In this document: positions 27,771 through 36,252 of the stretch, in pieces | Layout of the letters: each line of letters begins with the position of its first letter | Numbering within the stretch: position 1 is the stretch's first letter | Source: Bacteroidales bacterium | Lineage (GTDB): Bacteria; Bacteroidota; Bacteroidia; Bacteroidales; JAADJA01 | Assembly (NCBI GenBank): GCA_016933115.1 | Contig: JAFGBL010000090.1 | Location: forward strand, 1,277 to 65,276 | Direction: 5' to 3' | Length of the DNA stretch: 64,000 nucleotides | The notes under the pieces: model-generated | What the model saw: the letters and a program-made list of their open reading frames with translations, nothing else | The model's database searches: none | What the model was told of the DNA's origin: nothing | Program-made: the position numbers and the translations under genes

Positions 27771-30254
27771 ATGCTACCTGTTAACTATTCCATACAGGAA
27801 ATTGCTAACATCACAGATGGAAAGATCATCAACGCTGGTGAAAACCAGGGGCCCATCACCGATATTCTCATCGATTCCCGACGTTTGATTACTCCCGAAA
27901 ACTGCTTGTTTATTGCGCTGATTACCAAAAAGGATAACGGCCATAAATACATTGAAGATGCCTACCATAAAGGGATCAGGAATTTTATTGTTTCGGAGGA
28001 GGCAATTAATTTTGCCGATGCGACCTACATCCAGGTACAGAACACCCTTGAGGCACTGCAACAAATTACAGCCTATCATCGATCCAGGTTCAATATCCCG
28101 GTCATTGGGATCACCGGAAGCAATGGAAAAACAGTGATCAAGGAGTGGTTGTTTCAACTGCTCAATGCCGACAAAAAAATCGTTCGAAGCCCTAAAAGTT
28201 ACAACAGCCAGGTGGGGGTACCGCTTTCGGTTTGGCAACTTAAACCCGGTTGTGAATTAGGCATATTTGAAGCCGGTATTTCCGAACCCGATGAAATGGG
28301 GAAACTGCAAAAGATCATCAAACCTACGATTGGAATTTTTACAAACATAGGACCGGCGCACAACGAAAATTTCATCAACACTAAACAGAAAATCGGTGAA
28401 AAGCTAAAGCTTTTCACCAAGGTGAATACCCTCATCTATTCACCCGATTATTTTGAAATCCAGGAAACCATCATTCGTTCCGAATTGCTCAAGAACATCA
28501 ATGCATTTACCTGGAGCCGAAAACAAGATGCCGATCTTTTCATTTCGAAGGCTACCAGCGGAAACAATAAAACCACGATTAAAGGCACTTATCAAAATAA
28601 AGAGATTTCTATTTCAATTCCGTTTTCAAACGAAGCTTCGATTGAAAATGCCATTCATTGCTGGGCAACCATGTTGCTGATGGGTTATGACAACAATGTG
28701 ATAGCTGAAAGAATGCTGCACCTGCAGCCAATTGCCATGCGGCTCGAAATGAAGGAAGGGATCAACCATTGCTCCATCATCAACGACAGTTACAATTCCG
28801 ATATCAATTCGCTGAATATTGCCATCGATTTTCTGAACCAGCAAAACCAGCATAAAAAGAAAACCGTAATTCTTTCGGATATTCTTCAAAGCGGTCAGAA
28901 TGATGATGAGCTTTACAGCGAAATTGCAATGATTTTAAAGAAAAAAGGAGTCAATAAAATCATCGGTATCGGGAATGCGATCAGCAAGTTTGCCGATAAA
29001 TTCGATTTGGAAAAAATGTTCTATCCTTCAACGGAAGAGTTTTTAAAGAAATATTCATTTGCAGCTTTTCTAAATGAAAGTATCCTGTTGAAAGGTGCTC
29101 GTGTTTTTGAATTTGAACAGATCAGCCAGGCTTTGCAGCAAAAAGCACATGAAACGGTTCTGGAGATCAACCTGAATGCCCTGATCCATAACCTGAATTA
29201 CTATCGCGGTAAAATCAATCCCGAAACCAGGATCATGGCCATGGTAAAGGCATTTTCATATGGTAGCGGTAGTTTTGAAATATCCAACACCCTTCAGTTT
29301 CACCGCATCGATTACCTGGCTGTGGCTTATGCGGATGAAGGCGTGGAACTTAGAAAAGCGGGGATTACGGTTCCCATCATGGTGATGAACCCGGATGAAC
29401 AAAGTTTCGATGCCATCATCAAACACAATTTGGAGCCCGAGATTTACAATTTTAGGTCATTAAAATTGCTTGAGAAGGCAACTGAGTCGAATATCATTCC
29501 CGAAAACAAACCGGTAAAAGTGCATATCAAGCTCGATACAGGATTTCACCGGCTTGGATTTTTACCCGAGGAAATCGATCAATTGATCGAAAAACTACTC
29601 AACATTAAATCGATTTATGTTCAATCGGTATTCTCACACCTGACGTCGAGTGAGGACCCCAGGGATGATGATTTTTCACGATATCAGATAGGGCAGTTCA
29701 AGGAAATGGCAGAAAAAATCAAAAGCCACTCAGACCATCATATCATGATGCACATACTGAATTCTGCCGGGATCAGCCGTTTTCCGGATACACAATTTGA
29801 CATGGTGCGCCTGGGTATCAGCCTTTATGGTGTGCCATCGACCGATATCGATAGGGACCAGCTTGAAAATGTAAGTACGCTCAAATCGACCATTTCGCAA
29901 ATTAAACCAATCAAAGCCGGAGAAACCATCGGATACAATCGCGCCTGGCAGGTAGCGCATGATATGAGGCTTGCCGTCATACCGGTGGGATATGCCGACG
30001 GATTAAACCGGAAGCTGGGCAATGGAAAGGGAAATGTTTATATCAACAATAAAACGGCTATCATAGTCGGAAATGTTTGTATGGATATGTGTATGGTGGA
30101 CGTAACAAATATTGAAGCACAGGAAGGGGATGATGTGATTATTTTTGGAAAAGAACACCCGATTTCTGAAATGGCCAGGGCTATCGATACAATCCCTTAT
30201 GAAGTATTGACAAATATTTCCAGGCGGGTGAAAAGAGTATATTTTCATGACTAA
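27771..30254 (+). CDS. murF: Bifunctional UDP-N-acetylmuramoyl-tripeptide--D-alanyl-D-alanine ligase / alanine racemase
   Basis: The N-terminal half has the Mur ligase P-loop GITGSNGKT and a MurF-like layout. The C-terminal ~370 aa is an alanine racemase, with the PLP-lysine context MVKAFSYGSG, plus RLGISLYG and GYADG. Confidence 0.88.
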   Translation: MLPVNYSIQEIANITDGKIINAGENQGPITDILIDSRRLITPENCLFIALITKKDNGHKYIEDAYHKGIRNFIVSEEAINFADATYIQVQNTLEALQQITAYHRSRFNIPVIGITGSNGKTVIKEWLFQLLNADKKIVRSPKSYNSQVGVPLSVWQLKPGCELGIFEAGISEPDEMGKLQKIIKPTIGIFTNIGPAHNENFINTKQKIGEKLKLFTKVNTLIYSPDYFEIQETIIRSELLKNINAFTWSRKQDADLFISKATSGNNKTTIKGTYQNKEISISIPFSNEASIENAIHCWATMLLMGYDNNVIAERMLHLQPIAMRLEMKEGINHCSIINDSYNSDINSLNIAIDFLNQQNQHKKKTVILSDILQSGQNDDELYSEIAMILKKKGVNKIIGIGNAISKFADKFDLEKMFYPSTEEFLKKYSFAAFLNESILLKGARVFEFEQISQALQQKAHETVLEINLNALIHNLNYYRGKINPETRIMAMVKAFSYGSGSFEISNTLQFHRIDYLAVAYADEGVELRKAGITVPIMVMNPDEQSFDAIIKHNLEPEIYNFRSLKLLEKATESNIIPENKPVKVHIKLDTGFHRLGFLPEEIDQLIEKLLNIKSIYVQSVFSHLTSSEDPRDDDFSRYQIGQFKEMAEKIKSHSDHHIMMHILNSAGISRFPDTQFDMVRLGISLYGVPSTDIDRDQLENVSTLKSTISQIKPIKAGETIGYNRAWQVAHDMRLAVIPVGYADGLNRKLGNGKGNVYINNKTAIIVGNVCMDMCMVDVTNIEAQEGDDVIIFGKEHPISEMARAIDTIPYEVLTNISRRVKRVYFHD

Positions 30255-30290
30255 ATGGAACCTAAACAATTATTATTATAAATTTGAAAT

Positions 30291-31013
30291 ATGACACCAA
30301 AAAAACTCTCCATCATTATTCCCGCCTACAATGAATCGGCTACCATTTATTCAATCCTGGATAAGGTGTTAAGCGTGAAACTTCTTGAAGAAACGGTAAA
30401 GGAAATTGTCATTGTAAATGACTATTCAACAGATAATACACGCGAGTTGGTTGAGAATTATATCCAGGATCACAATGATATCGATATAAGACTTTACAAC
30501 CAGGAAAAAAACATGGGAAAAGGGGCTGCACTGCATAAAGGCATTGAACTGGCTACCGGTGATTTCCTTATCATACAGGATGCCGACCTGGAATATGACC
30601 CCGACGAATACAACTTTTTACTCAAACCTATGCTTTCCGATCAGGCAGATGTAGTTTACGGTTCCCGGTTCAAGGGATCATTACCGCACAGAATTCTTTT
30701 TTTCTGGCATTCCATCGGAAACCAGTTTCTGACCTTTATTTCCAATGTGTTTACCAACCTGAATTTATCAGATATGGAAACCTGTTATAAAATGTTCAGG
30801 GCCAAACACATTAAAAGCCTTCAATTGAAGGAAAACCGTTTTGGGTTCGAACCGGAGGTAACGGCCAAAATATCGCGTATTCCGGGTATCCGAATTTATG
30901 AAGTCGGGATTTCCTATTATGGCAGAACCTACCAGGAAGGGAAAAAAATCAATTGGCAGGACGGAATCAGGGCGTTATGGTGTATATTAAAATATAATAC
31001 CTGGAGCAAATAA
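30291..31013 (+). CDS. Family 2 glycosyltransferase (polyprenol-phosphate sugar transferase-like)
   Basis: [19 protein letters not shown] and [11 protein letters not shown] (DxD) are typical of GT2/DPM1-like enzymes. Confidence 0.85.
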   Translation: MTPKKLSIIIPAYNESATIYSILDKVLSVKLLEETVKEIVIVNDYSTDNTRELVENYIQDHNDIDIRLYNQEKNMGKGAALHKGIELATGDFLIIQDADLEYDPDEYNFLLKPMLSDQADVVYGSRFKGSLPHRILFFWHSIGNQFLTFISNVFTNLNLSDMETCYKMFRAKHIKSLQLKENRFGFEPEVTAKISRIPGIRIYEVGISYYGRTYQEGKKINWQDGIRALWCILKYNTWSK

Positions 31014-31016
31014 TTT

Positions 31017-31634
31017 TCAGGATTTCGCTTCAGCTTTTACTTTCCTGGCTTTCAGATGAAATTTTTCGTTCCACCAAACCCACAATAAAAACATTACAAT
31101 ATAAAAAAACGGGCGCATGATCCAGTCATGGATGTAATCCCACTGATGGGGCAGGTTTATGGTAACATATGTCATTCCGACAATCCTGAATATATTTACA
31201 ATGTGAATGATAACGATGCCAAGTGGAATGAACCATGCTTTATGTTTCCAGGGCCCAGGGAACAGCAGCATTAAAAATACCCACTGGTAAAATTGTTTTA
31301 ATCCCGAACAACTTGAATTTACGTAAACAATACCATTATTGGGGGCGTAGTAAATTACATTTTTATGCATGGCCCCCCCAATTGTAAGTTCATCGAAAGT
31401 AGTGACATTTACATTGAGCACTTCCAGCACCCACTTGCTGGCATAAAATACTTTTTCAGCCAGGTAAAGTGCCGAATTCATGATAAAATCAACAGCCATA
31501 AAATTGCTGGCGAAAATTTTCCAAACAACATGAAAAAACAGCAGGATCACCATAAAAAGGAAGACATCCTTCAGTGCATAAAGATGGTATTTCCTTATGA
31601 TTTCTTTTACCTGGATAAATAGCTTCATTTGCAT
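31017..31634 (-). CDS. Exosortase/archaeosortase-family integral membrane protein (XrtF-like)
   Basis: This 205-aa polytopic protein has VNSSCSGLKQF (Cys motif), then IVNIFRIVG (Arg motif), then IHDWIMRPFF (His motif). The order and spacing match those described for exosortase/archaeosortase active sites. The subfamily is not verified. Confidence 0.65.
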   Translation of the reverse strand: MQMKLFIQVKEIIRKYHLYALKDVFLFMVILLFFHVVWKIFASNFMAVDFIMNSALYLAEKVFYASKWVLEVLNVNVTTFDELTIGGAMHKNVIYYAPNNGIVYVNSSCSGLKQFYQWVFLMLLFPGPWKHKAWFIPLGIVIIHIVNIFRIVGMTYVTINLPHQWDYIHDWIMRPFFYIVMFLLWVWWNEKFHLKARKVKAEAKS

Positions 31635-31703
31635 CGCAGATCTTAGGGTAATTTAATGCGAATTATTACATTCAATTGCTTGGCTAAAATATAAAAAGTT
31701 TAA

Positions 31704-31711
31704 TAACTTTG
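31704..31711 (+). promoter_or_regulatory. Candidate -7 promoter box TAACTTTG for the 428-aa membrane protein gene
   Basis: Exact TAnnTTTG match, 29 nt upstream of the TTG at 31740 where the long open frame begins. Confidence 0.45.
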
Positions 31712-31739
31712 CCCTTTCTTTTTTTAATCGCCAAAACAT

Positions 31740-33026
31740 TTGGAAAACACAAGGAGATATTATAAAAGCCGAAAAAGTAAAAATCCCCTGCTAAGGTTTT
31801 TTCAGAATATTGGAAACCTGTTCAGAGGGGCAGAAAGGAAAAAAGAACCTGTTGAATACCGGCCTTTTTTGGGTAAAGATCAATCCTCATTTCAAACGGA
31901 AAGACCAGACAGCGAGGAGGAAGGCAGATTACATCGTAAAAGAAAAAAAAGATGGTCCCCATTTCAAAAGTTTAGAGAGTATACCAAAAACAGGGACAGA
32001 AGGCTGGAGGAAAGGCGCAAAAGGAAGTTTAAGAGAAAAGTACAAAGAAAACATAAACGGGAGTACAAAAGACGGGCAAGAATTGATTTTATCAGGAAGT
32101 TCCTGCCTAATTATAAACTCCCGAAAAATGTTCCCCTTACGGAATTGACCGAAGAAGAAGCTGCCGAAGCAATTAAAAGTCAGCAAAAGAATTACTTTTA
32201 TTACACGATCAATTCAATTGCACTTTTTATTACCGCTTATCTCCTAATTTATATGATTTACCAACTCACAGTACTGGTAACTGCTTCGAGGTGGAGGCTC
32301 GACTCCGTGCTATATTATTTCGACCTTGCATTTAATGACTACTCCCCTTTATGGTCGAGGTTGAATATCATTATTGTTACCGCCTCCGGGCCGGTTGTTT
32401 GCCTTTTGATCGGTATTTTGTTTTTCCGGTTGATATCCAACCGTAAGAAGTTAAAAGGATTCCGGAAACTCCTCGTGATGTGGATTGCTATCATTGGATT
32501 CAATATGTTCCTGGGTGCATTTGCCTCCGGAGTTTCATTTGATGAAGGTTTTGGTTATGTTCCGGCATGGTTGTACCTGAATGTATTCTGGCAAATATTT
32601 ATTTCGTTGCTATTTCTGTTTATACTAGGTTTGATTGGTTATTACTCTGCATCGAAATTTCTCGACACCTCGAATTCCTCATATAGGGTCAGGCCCGAGA
32701 ATAAGGTCAAATTTTTATTTTTCCAGGTAGTGTTACCCTGGATTATTGGAATATTAATCATATTCCTGGTTAAAATTCCCAACAATACACCTTACGATAC
32801 CGCCAACCTGATTACGCTTGGATTTGGAGTAGTACCTGTTCTGTTTAACAGGTATGCCAGGCCAACCGTACTTTTTGAGAGCGAGCGAAAGCCGACACGG
32901 ATCAATTGGTATTATATCATTCTTTTCATGGTACTCCTGCTTGCCTTCCGAATTGGTTTAAATAATGGATTACATGTAGTGCTAAACTATAAATTTATTT
33001 TCTCTCTGGAAGTTACCCCGGTTTAG
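31740..33026 (+). CDS. Polytopic membrane protein with a ~130-aa extremely Lys/Arg-rich N-terminal region; family unknown
   Basis: The frame is open from TTG 31740 and the first in-frame ATG comes only about 170 codons later. The N-terminus reads RKRKKRWSPFQKFREYTKNRDRRLEERRKRKFKRKVQRKHKREYKRRARIDF. About 7-8 hydrophobic helices follow. The start codon is uncertain. Confidence 0.6.
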   Translation: MENTRRYYKSRKSKNPLLRFFQNIGNLFRGAERKKEPVEYRPFLGKDQSSFQTERPDSEEEGRLHRKRKKRWSPFQKFREYTKNRDRRLEERRKRKFKRKVQRKHKREYKRRARIDFIRKFLPNYKLPKNVPLTELTEEEAAEAIKSQQKNYFYYTINSIALFITAYLLIYMIYQLTVLVTASRWRLDSVLYYFDLAFNDYSPLWSRLNIIIVTASGPVVCLLIGILFFRLISNRKKLKGFRKLLVMWIAIIGFNMFLGAFASGVSFDEGFGYVPAWLYLNVFWQIFISLLFLFILGLIGYYSASKFLDTSNSSYRVRPENKVKFLFFQVVLPWIIGILIIFLVKIPNNTPYDTANLITLGFGVVPVLFNRYARPTVLFESERKPTRINWYYIILFMVLLLAFRIGLNNGLHVVLNYKFIFSLEVTPV

Positions 33027-35179
33027 ACGAATTCAAAATCCATTTGCTTTTTAGCCAATTCTATTTTTCGTACCCTTATAGTTACCGGATCACCCAGTTT
33101 ATACTCTTTCCCAAACTGATGTCCGATCACCCGGTAGTTCTCTTCGTCAAGGTAATAAAAATCATCATCCATGTACCTGAGTGAAACCATTCCTTCACAT
33201 TTATTGCCCTCCAGTTCAACATAAATTCCCCACTTTGAAACACCGGAGATCAAACCGTTGAATGTTTGTCCGACTTTATCGAGCATATACTCTGCTTGTT
33301 TGTATTTGATTGAAGCACGTTCAGCTTCCAGGGCTTTTCTTTCCATTTCCGACGAATGCTTGCATTTCTCTTCATATTCCGCTGGATTCATAACCGGATT
33401 TCCGTTTAAGTATCCGTCCAGTAATCGATGGACCATTAAATCGGGATATCGGCGAATGGGGGAAGTGAAATGGGTATAGAAGCTAAATGCCAAGCCGTAA
33501 TGCCCGATGTTTTTTATAGAATATTCGGCTTTGGCCATGGTTCTGACAGCTATGCTCTCGATCATATTTTCTTCGCCTTTTCCTTTAATATCTTTGAATA
33601 ATTGGTTAAGGGAAGCTGAAATCGATTTTTTACTTCCGAGGTTCAGTTTATAGCCCAGTTTATTGATGAACTCTGCAAATGTTTCCAGCTTTTCCTGGTT
33701 GGGCACATCATGGATACGGTAAACGAAGGTTCTGGAATCCTGTTTTGCCTTGACCTTTCCAACCCATTCGGCAACCCTGCGGTTAGCAAGCAGCATAAAA
33801 TCCTCAATAAGTTTATTTGAATCCTTTTGTTCCTTGATGTATGCACTGATAGGTTTGCCATCTTCATCCAATTTAAATTTGACCTCCTGCGATGAAAAGG
33901 CAATAGATCCATTTTTAAACCTTTCATCCCTTAGTTTGCTGGCCAGGTTATGCAGGGTTAAAATCTCAATGGAGAATTCATCTTGCTTTCCCTCAATGAT
34001 TTCCTGAACCTCATCGTAATTGAACCTTCGGTTGGAATTGATAATTGTTCTTCCAAACCAATGACTTTCGACCTGCGCATCTCCGGTCATTTCAAATATC
34101 GCAGCGTAACATAGCTTATCGGTGTGAGGTTTCAAAGAACAAATATCATTGGACAGTCGTTCGGGGAGCATGGGAATCACCCTGTCGACAAGATATACCG
34201 AAGTACCCCTGTCGTAAGCTTCCTGATCGATAAGCGTACCGGGTTTTACATAATATGATACGTCAGCAATATGAACACCTACTTCCCAGTTTCCATTATT
34301 TAATTTCTGCAAAGAAAGGGCATCGTCATAATCTTTGGCATCCTCAGGATCGATGGTACAGGTAAAGATATTTCGAAAATCACGCCTGGAATTGGTTTCT
34401 TTTTGTGATACTTCAGCTTCAATTTTATCTGCTTCCTTTTCGACCTTTGCGGGAAATCTGACCGGAAACCCAAAATCGGCCAGGATGGAATGCATTTCAA
34501 CTTCATGCTCGCCCGGCTTACCCAGAACCTCCGTTATTTTGCCGAAAGGATTTTTCGAATGGGCCGGCCAATCCACAATTTCAGCAATGGCTTTATCTCC
34601 ATTTTTAGCGCCATTCAAATCGGCAGCCGGAATATAAATATCGATAGGTACAGCATTGTTATCAGGGATTAGAAAAGCATAGTTTTTAGATACGTCGACG
34701 ATCCCGACAAACCGGGTTTTACTTCTTTTAATAATCTCGACAATCCTTCCTTCGAGCTTTCTGTCCTTTCTTTTGGGAAAAATCTGGACTTTTACTGTGT
34801 CGTCATTCAAGGCATGATATGTATTATTTGCGGCAATATAAATATCTTCAGTTGATTCATCTGAAATGATATATGCTTTCCCGGTTTGCTTCATATCAAC
34901 CGTACCGGTGATGGTACTTTTTGAAACCGGAATATGCAATAATTTCGGATTGAGTTGGTATTTACCCCTTTTTTGTTCAATGATCTTCCGGTCTGCTGCC
35001 AGGTCTTCCAGTATTTCCATTACAAGTTGCTTGCTTGCTTTGTCCGATATTCCAAGATTGAAGGACAATTGCCTGAAATTAAATCCCTTGACCGGATTTT
35101 GCATAAATACATTCAGAACGGTTTTTGCAAATGAACTTTTGCCCGCCTTTCTGTCTTTTGAATTTCTTTTCCTTGCCAT
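33023..35179 (-). CDS. rnr: Ribonuclease R (RNB-family 3'-5' exoribonuclease)
   Basis: RNB-domain motifs are present: IDPEDAKDYDDALS, VHIADVSYYV and RVIPMLPERLSN. The C-terminal S1 domain reads FNGLISGVSKWGIYVEL. The N-terminus is basic. Length is 718 aa. Confidence 0.9.
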   Translation of the reverse strand: MARKRNSKDRKAGKSSFAKTVLNVFMQNPVKGFNFRQLSFNLGISDKASKQLVMEILEDLAADRKIIEQKRGKYQLNPKLLHIPVSKSTITGTVDMKQTGKAYIISDESTEDIYIAANNTYHALNDDTVKVQIFPKRKDRKLEGRIVEIIKRSKTRFVGIVDVSKNYAFLIPDNNAVPIDIYIPAADLNGAKNGDKAIAEIVDWPAHSKNPFGKITEVLGKPGEHEVEMHSILADFGFPVRFPAKVEKEADKIEAEVSQKETNSRRDFRNIFTCTIDPEDAKDYDDALSLQKLNNGNWEVGVHIADVSYYVKPGTLIDQEAYDRGTSVYLVDRVIPMLPERLSNDICSLKPHTDKLCYAAIFEMTGDAQVESHWFGRTIINSNRRFNYDEVQEIIEGKQDEFSIEILTLHNLASKLRDERFKNGSIAFSSQEVKFKLDEDGKPISAYIKEQKDSNKLIEDFMLLANRRVAEWVGKVKAKQDSRTFVYRIHDVPNQEKLETFAEFINKLGYKLNLGSKKSISASLNQLFKDIKGKGEENMIESIAVRTMAKAEYSIKNIGHYGLAFSFYTHFTSPIRRYPDLMVHRLLDGYLNGNPVMNPAEYEEKCKHSSEMERKALEAERASIKYKQAEYMLDKVGQTFNGLISGVSKWGIYVELEGNKCEGMVSLRYMDDDFYYLDEENYRVIGHQFGKEYKLGDPVTIRVRKIELAKKQMDFEFV

Positions 35180-35218
35180 TTTAGCTTAAAAATTTGTAAG
35201 TGGTTTAATCAAAACTCT

Positions 35219-35226
35219 CAAAGTTA
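35219..35226 (-). promoter_or_regulatory. Candidate -7 promoter box (TAACTTTG on the minus strand) for rnr
   Basis: Exact TAnnTTTG match, 40 nt upstream of the ATG at 35179. Confidence 0.45.
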
Positions 35227-35264
35227 GGTCTTTTATTTTACTATTTTCTTTATTTTTGAATGCG

Positions 35265-35954
35265 ATGAACCTGATCCACGACTTCGTAACGCTGCTATTC
35301 CCGCTTACCTGCCTGGCCTGCGGAAATAACCTGTATAAGAATGAACAGATTATTTGCACTTCTTGTTTAATGCATCTGCCCAAAACCAACTTCCATCTTG
35401 ATCCTGAAAACCTAGCTGTTAAAATTTTTTGGGGAAGAGTCAGAATTGAGGCAGCAACTGCACAATATTTTTACCGTAAAGGTGGAAAGGTACAGCATCT
35501 GATCCACCAAATGAAATATAACGGTCACAAAGAGGTAGGCATTTTGTTGGGAGAAATTTACGGATCAATTCTTAAGGATTCGGATTTGTTTAACTCCATC
35601 GATAAAATTATTCCAATTCCCCTGCACAAGTCAAAACTTAAAAAAAGAGGTTTCAACCAGGCCGAAATGTTTGCCGAGGGCTTATCAAACGCCATGAAGG
35701 TCGAAATGGACAATAAAACTGTTCTGAGAACTGTAGCTACTTCAACGCAAACAAAAAAATCCAGATATAAAAGATGGGAGAATGTCAGCGAGATTTTCGA
35801 GGTTGCAAAACCCGGTGAAATATCTGGAAAACATATCCTTTTGGTTGATGATGTAATTACCACCGGAGCCACCATGGAAGCTTGTATTCAGGCTATTCAG
35901 AAAATTCCGGATGTCAGGATCAGTGTAGCAGCAATGGCATATGCAGCACAATAA
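35265..35954 (+). CDS. comF: ComF-family phosphoribosyltransferase-like protein
   Basis: The N-terminal zinc-finger-like sequence is CLACG...CTSC. The C-terminal PRTase motif is ILLVDDVITTGATMEA. The first ATG is at 35265, while the track starts at TTG 35256. Confidence 0.85.
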   Translation: MNLIHDFVTLLFPLTCLACGNNLYKNEQIICTSCLMHLPKTNFHLDPENLAVKIFWGRVRIEAATAQYFYRKGGKVQHLIHQMKYNGHKEVGILLGEIYGSILKDSDLFNSIDKIIPIPLHKSKLKKRGFNQAEMFAEGLSNAMKVEMDNKTVLRTVATSTQTKKSRYKRWENVSEIFEVAKPGEISGKHILLVDDVITTGATMEACIQAIQKIPDVRISVAAMAYAAQ

Positions 35955-35989
35955 AAAACCCGGTATCAATTTAAAATACCGGGTTTTTT
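35953..35989. terminator. Bidirectional rho-independent terminator between convergent comF and the 74-aa gene
   Basis: A 9-bp stem (acccggtat 35958-35966 pairs with ataccgggt 35976-35984) is flanked by an A-run upstream and a T-run downstream. Confidence 0.75.
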
Positions 35990-36003
35990 ATTTCAAATAC
36001 AAT

Positions 36004-36228
36004 TTAGTCCAAAACTTTTCGTCTGGCCTCATAGATTTTCCTGACGCCATAGCCTATGGCTAGCGAAAGAAGAATCAACAAGCCACCACCGATGGGTGCT
36101 CCCCCTCCAATTGGGTAAGCTCCTTCACCACCATTCCATGCGGGATCCCAGGGTTGAGGTTGAGCCGTTAACAGATTCGGAATAATTATTACCAATATTA
36201 GTAATGAAATTAAAACTAATTTTTTCAT
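36004..36228 (-). CDS. 74-aa mini-protein: signal peptide, Pro/Gly-rich linker, C-terminal TM helix, basic tail (paralogue of 41308-41532)
   Basis: The sequence is MKKLVLISLLILVIIIPNLLTAQ | PQPWDPAWNGGEGAYPIGGGAPIGGG | LLILLSLAIGYGV | RKIYEARRKVLD. It starts 24 nt after the stop of the 1378-aa cargo gene, so co-transcription is likely. Confidence 0.6.
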   Translation of the reverse strand: MKKLVLISLLILVIIIPNLLTAQPQPWDPAWNGGEGAYPIGGGAPIGGGLLILLSLAIGYGVRKIYEARRKVLD

Positions 36229-36252
36229 ACACTCTTAATATTTATTTCTGTT

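Noticed and set aside
31810-32148. 112-aa alternative-frame ORF in the purine-rich tract at the 5' end of the 428-aa membrane protein gene
   Set aside because: Purine-rich DNA lacks stop codons in several frames. The longer frame continues into a coherent TM protein and has a -7 box upstream. I cannot exclude the alternative frame without conservation data.
33023-33026. Convergent genes overlapping by the 4-nt sequence TTAG (TAG on plus, TAA on minus). The same arrangement recurs at 49837-49840.
   Set aside because: This is a trivial consequence of compact genome packing. It is not evidence of translational coupling, because the genes are on opposite strands.
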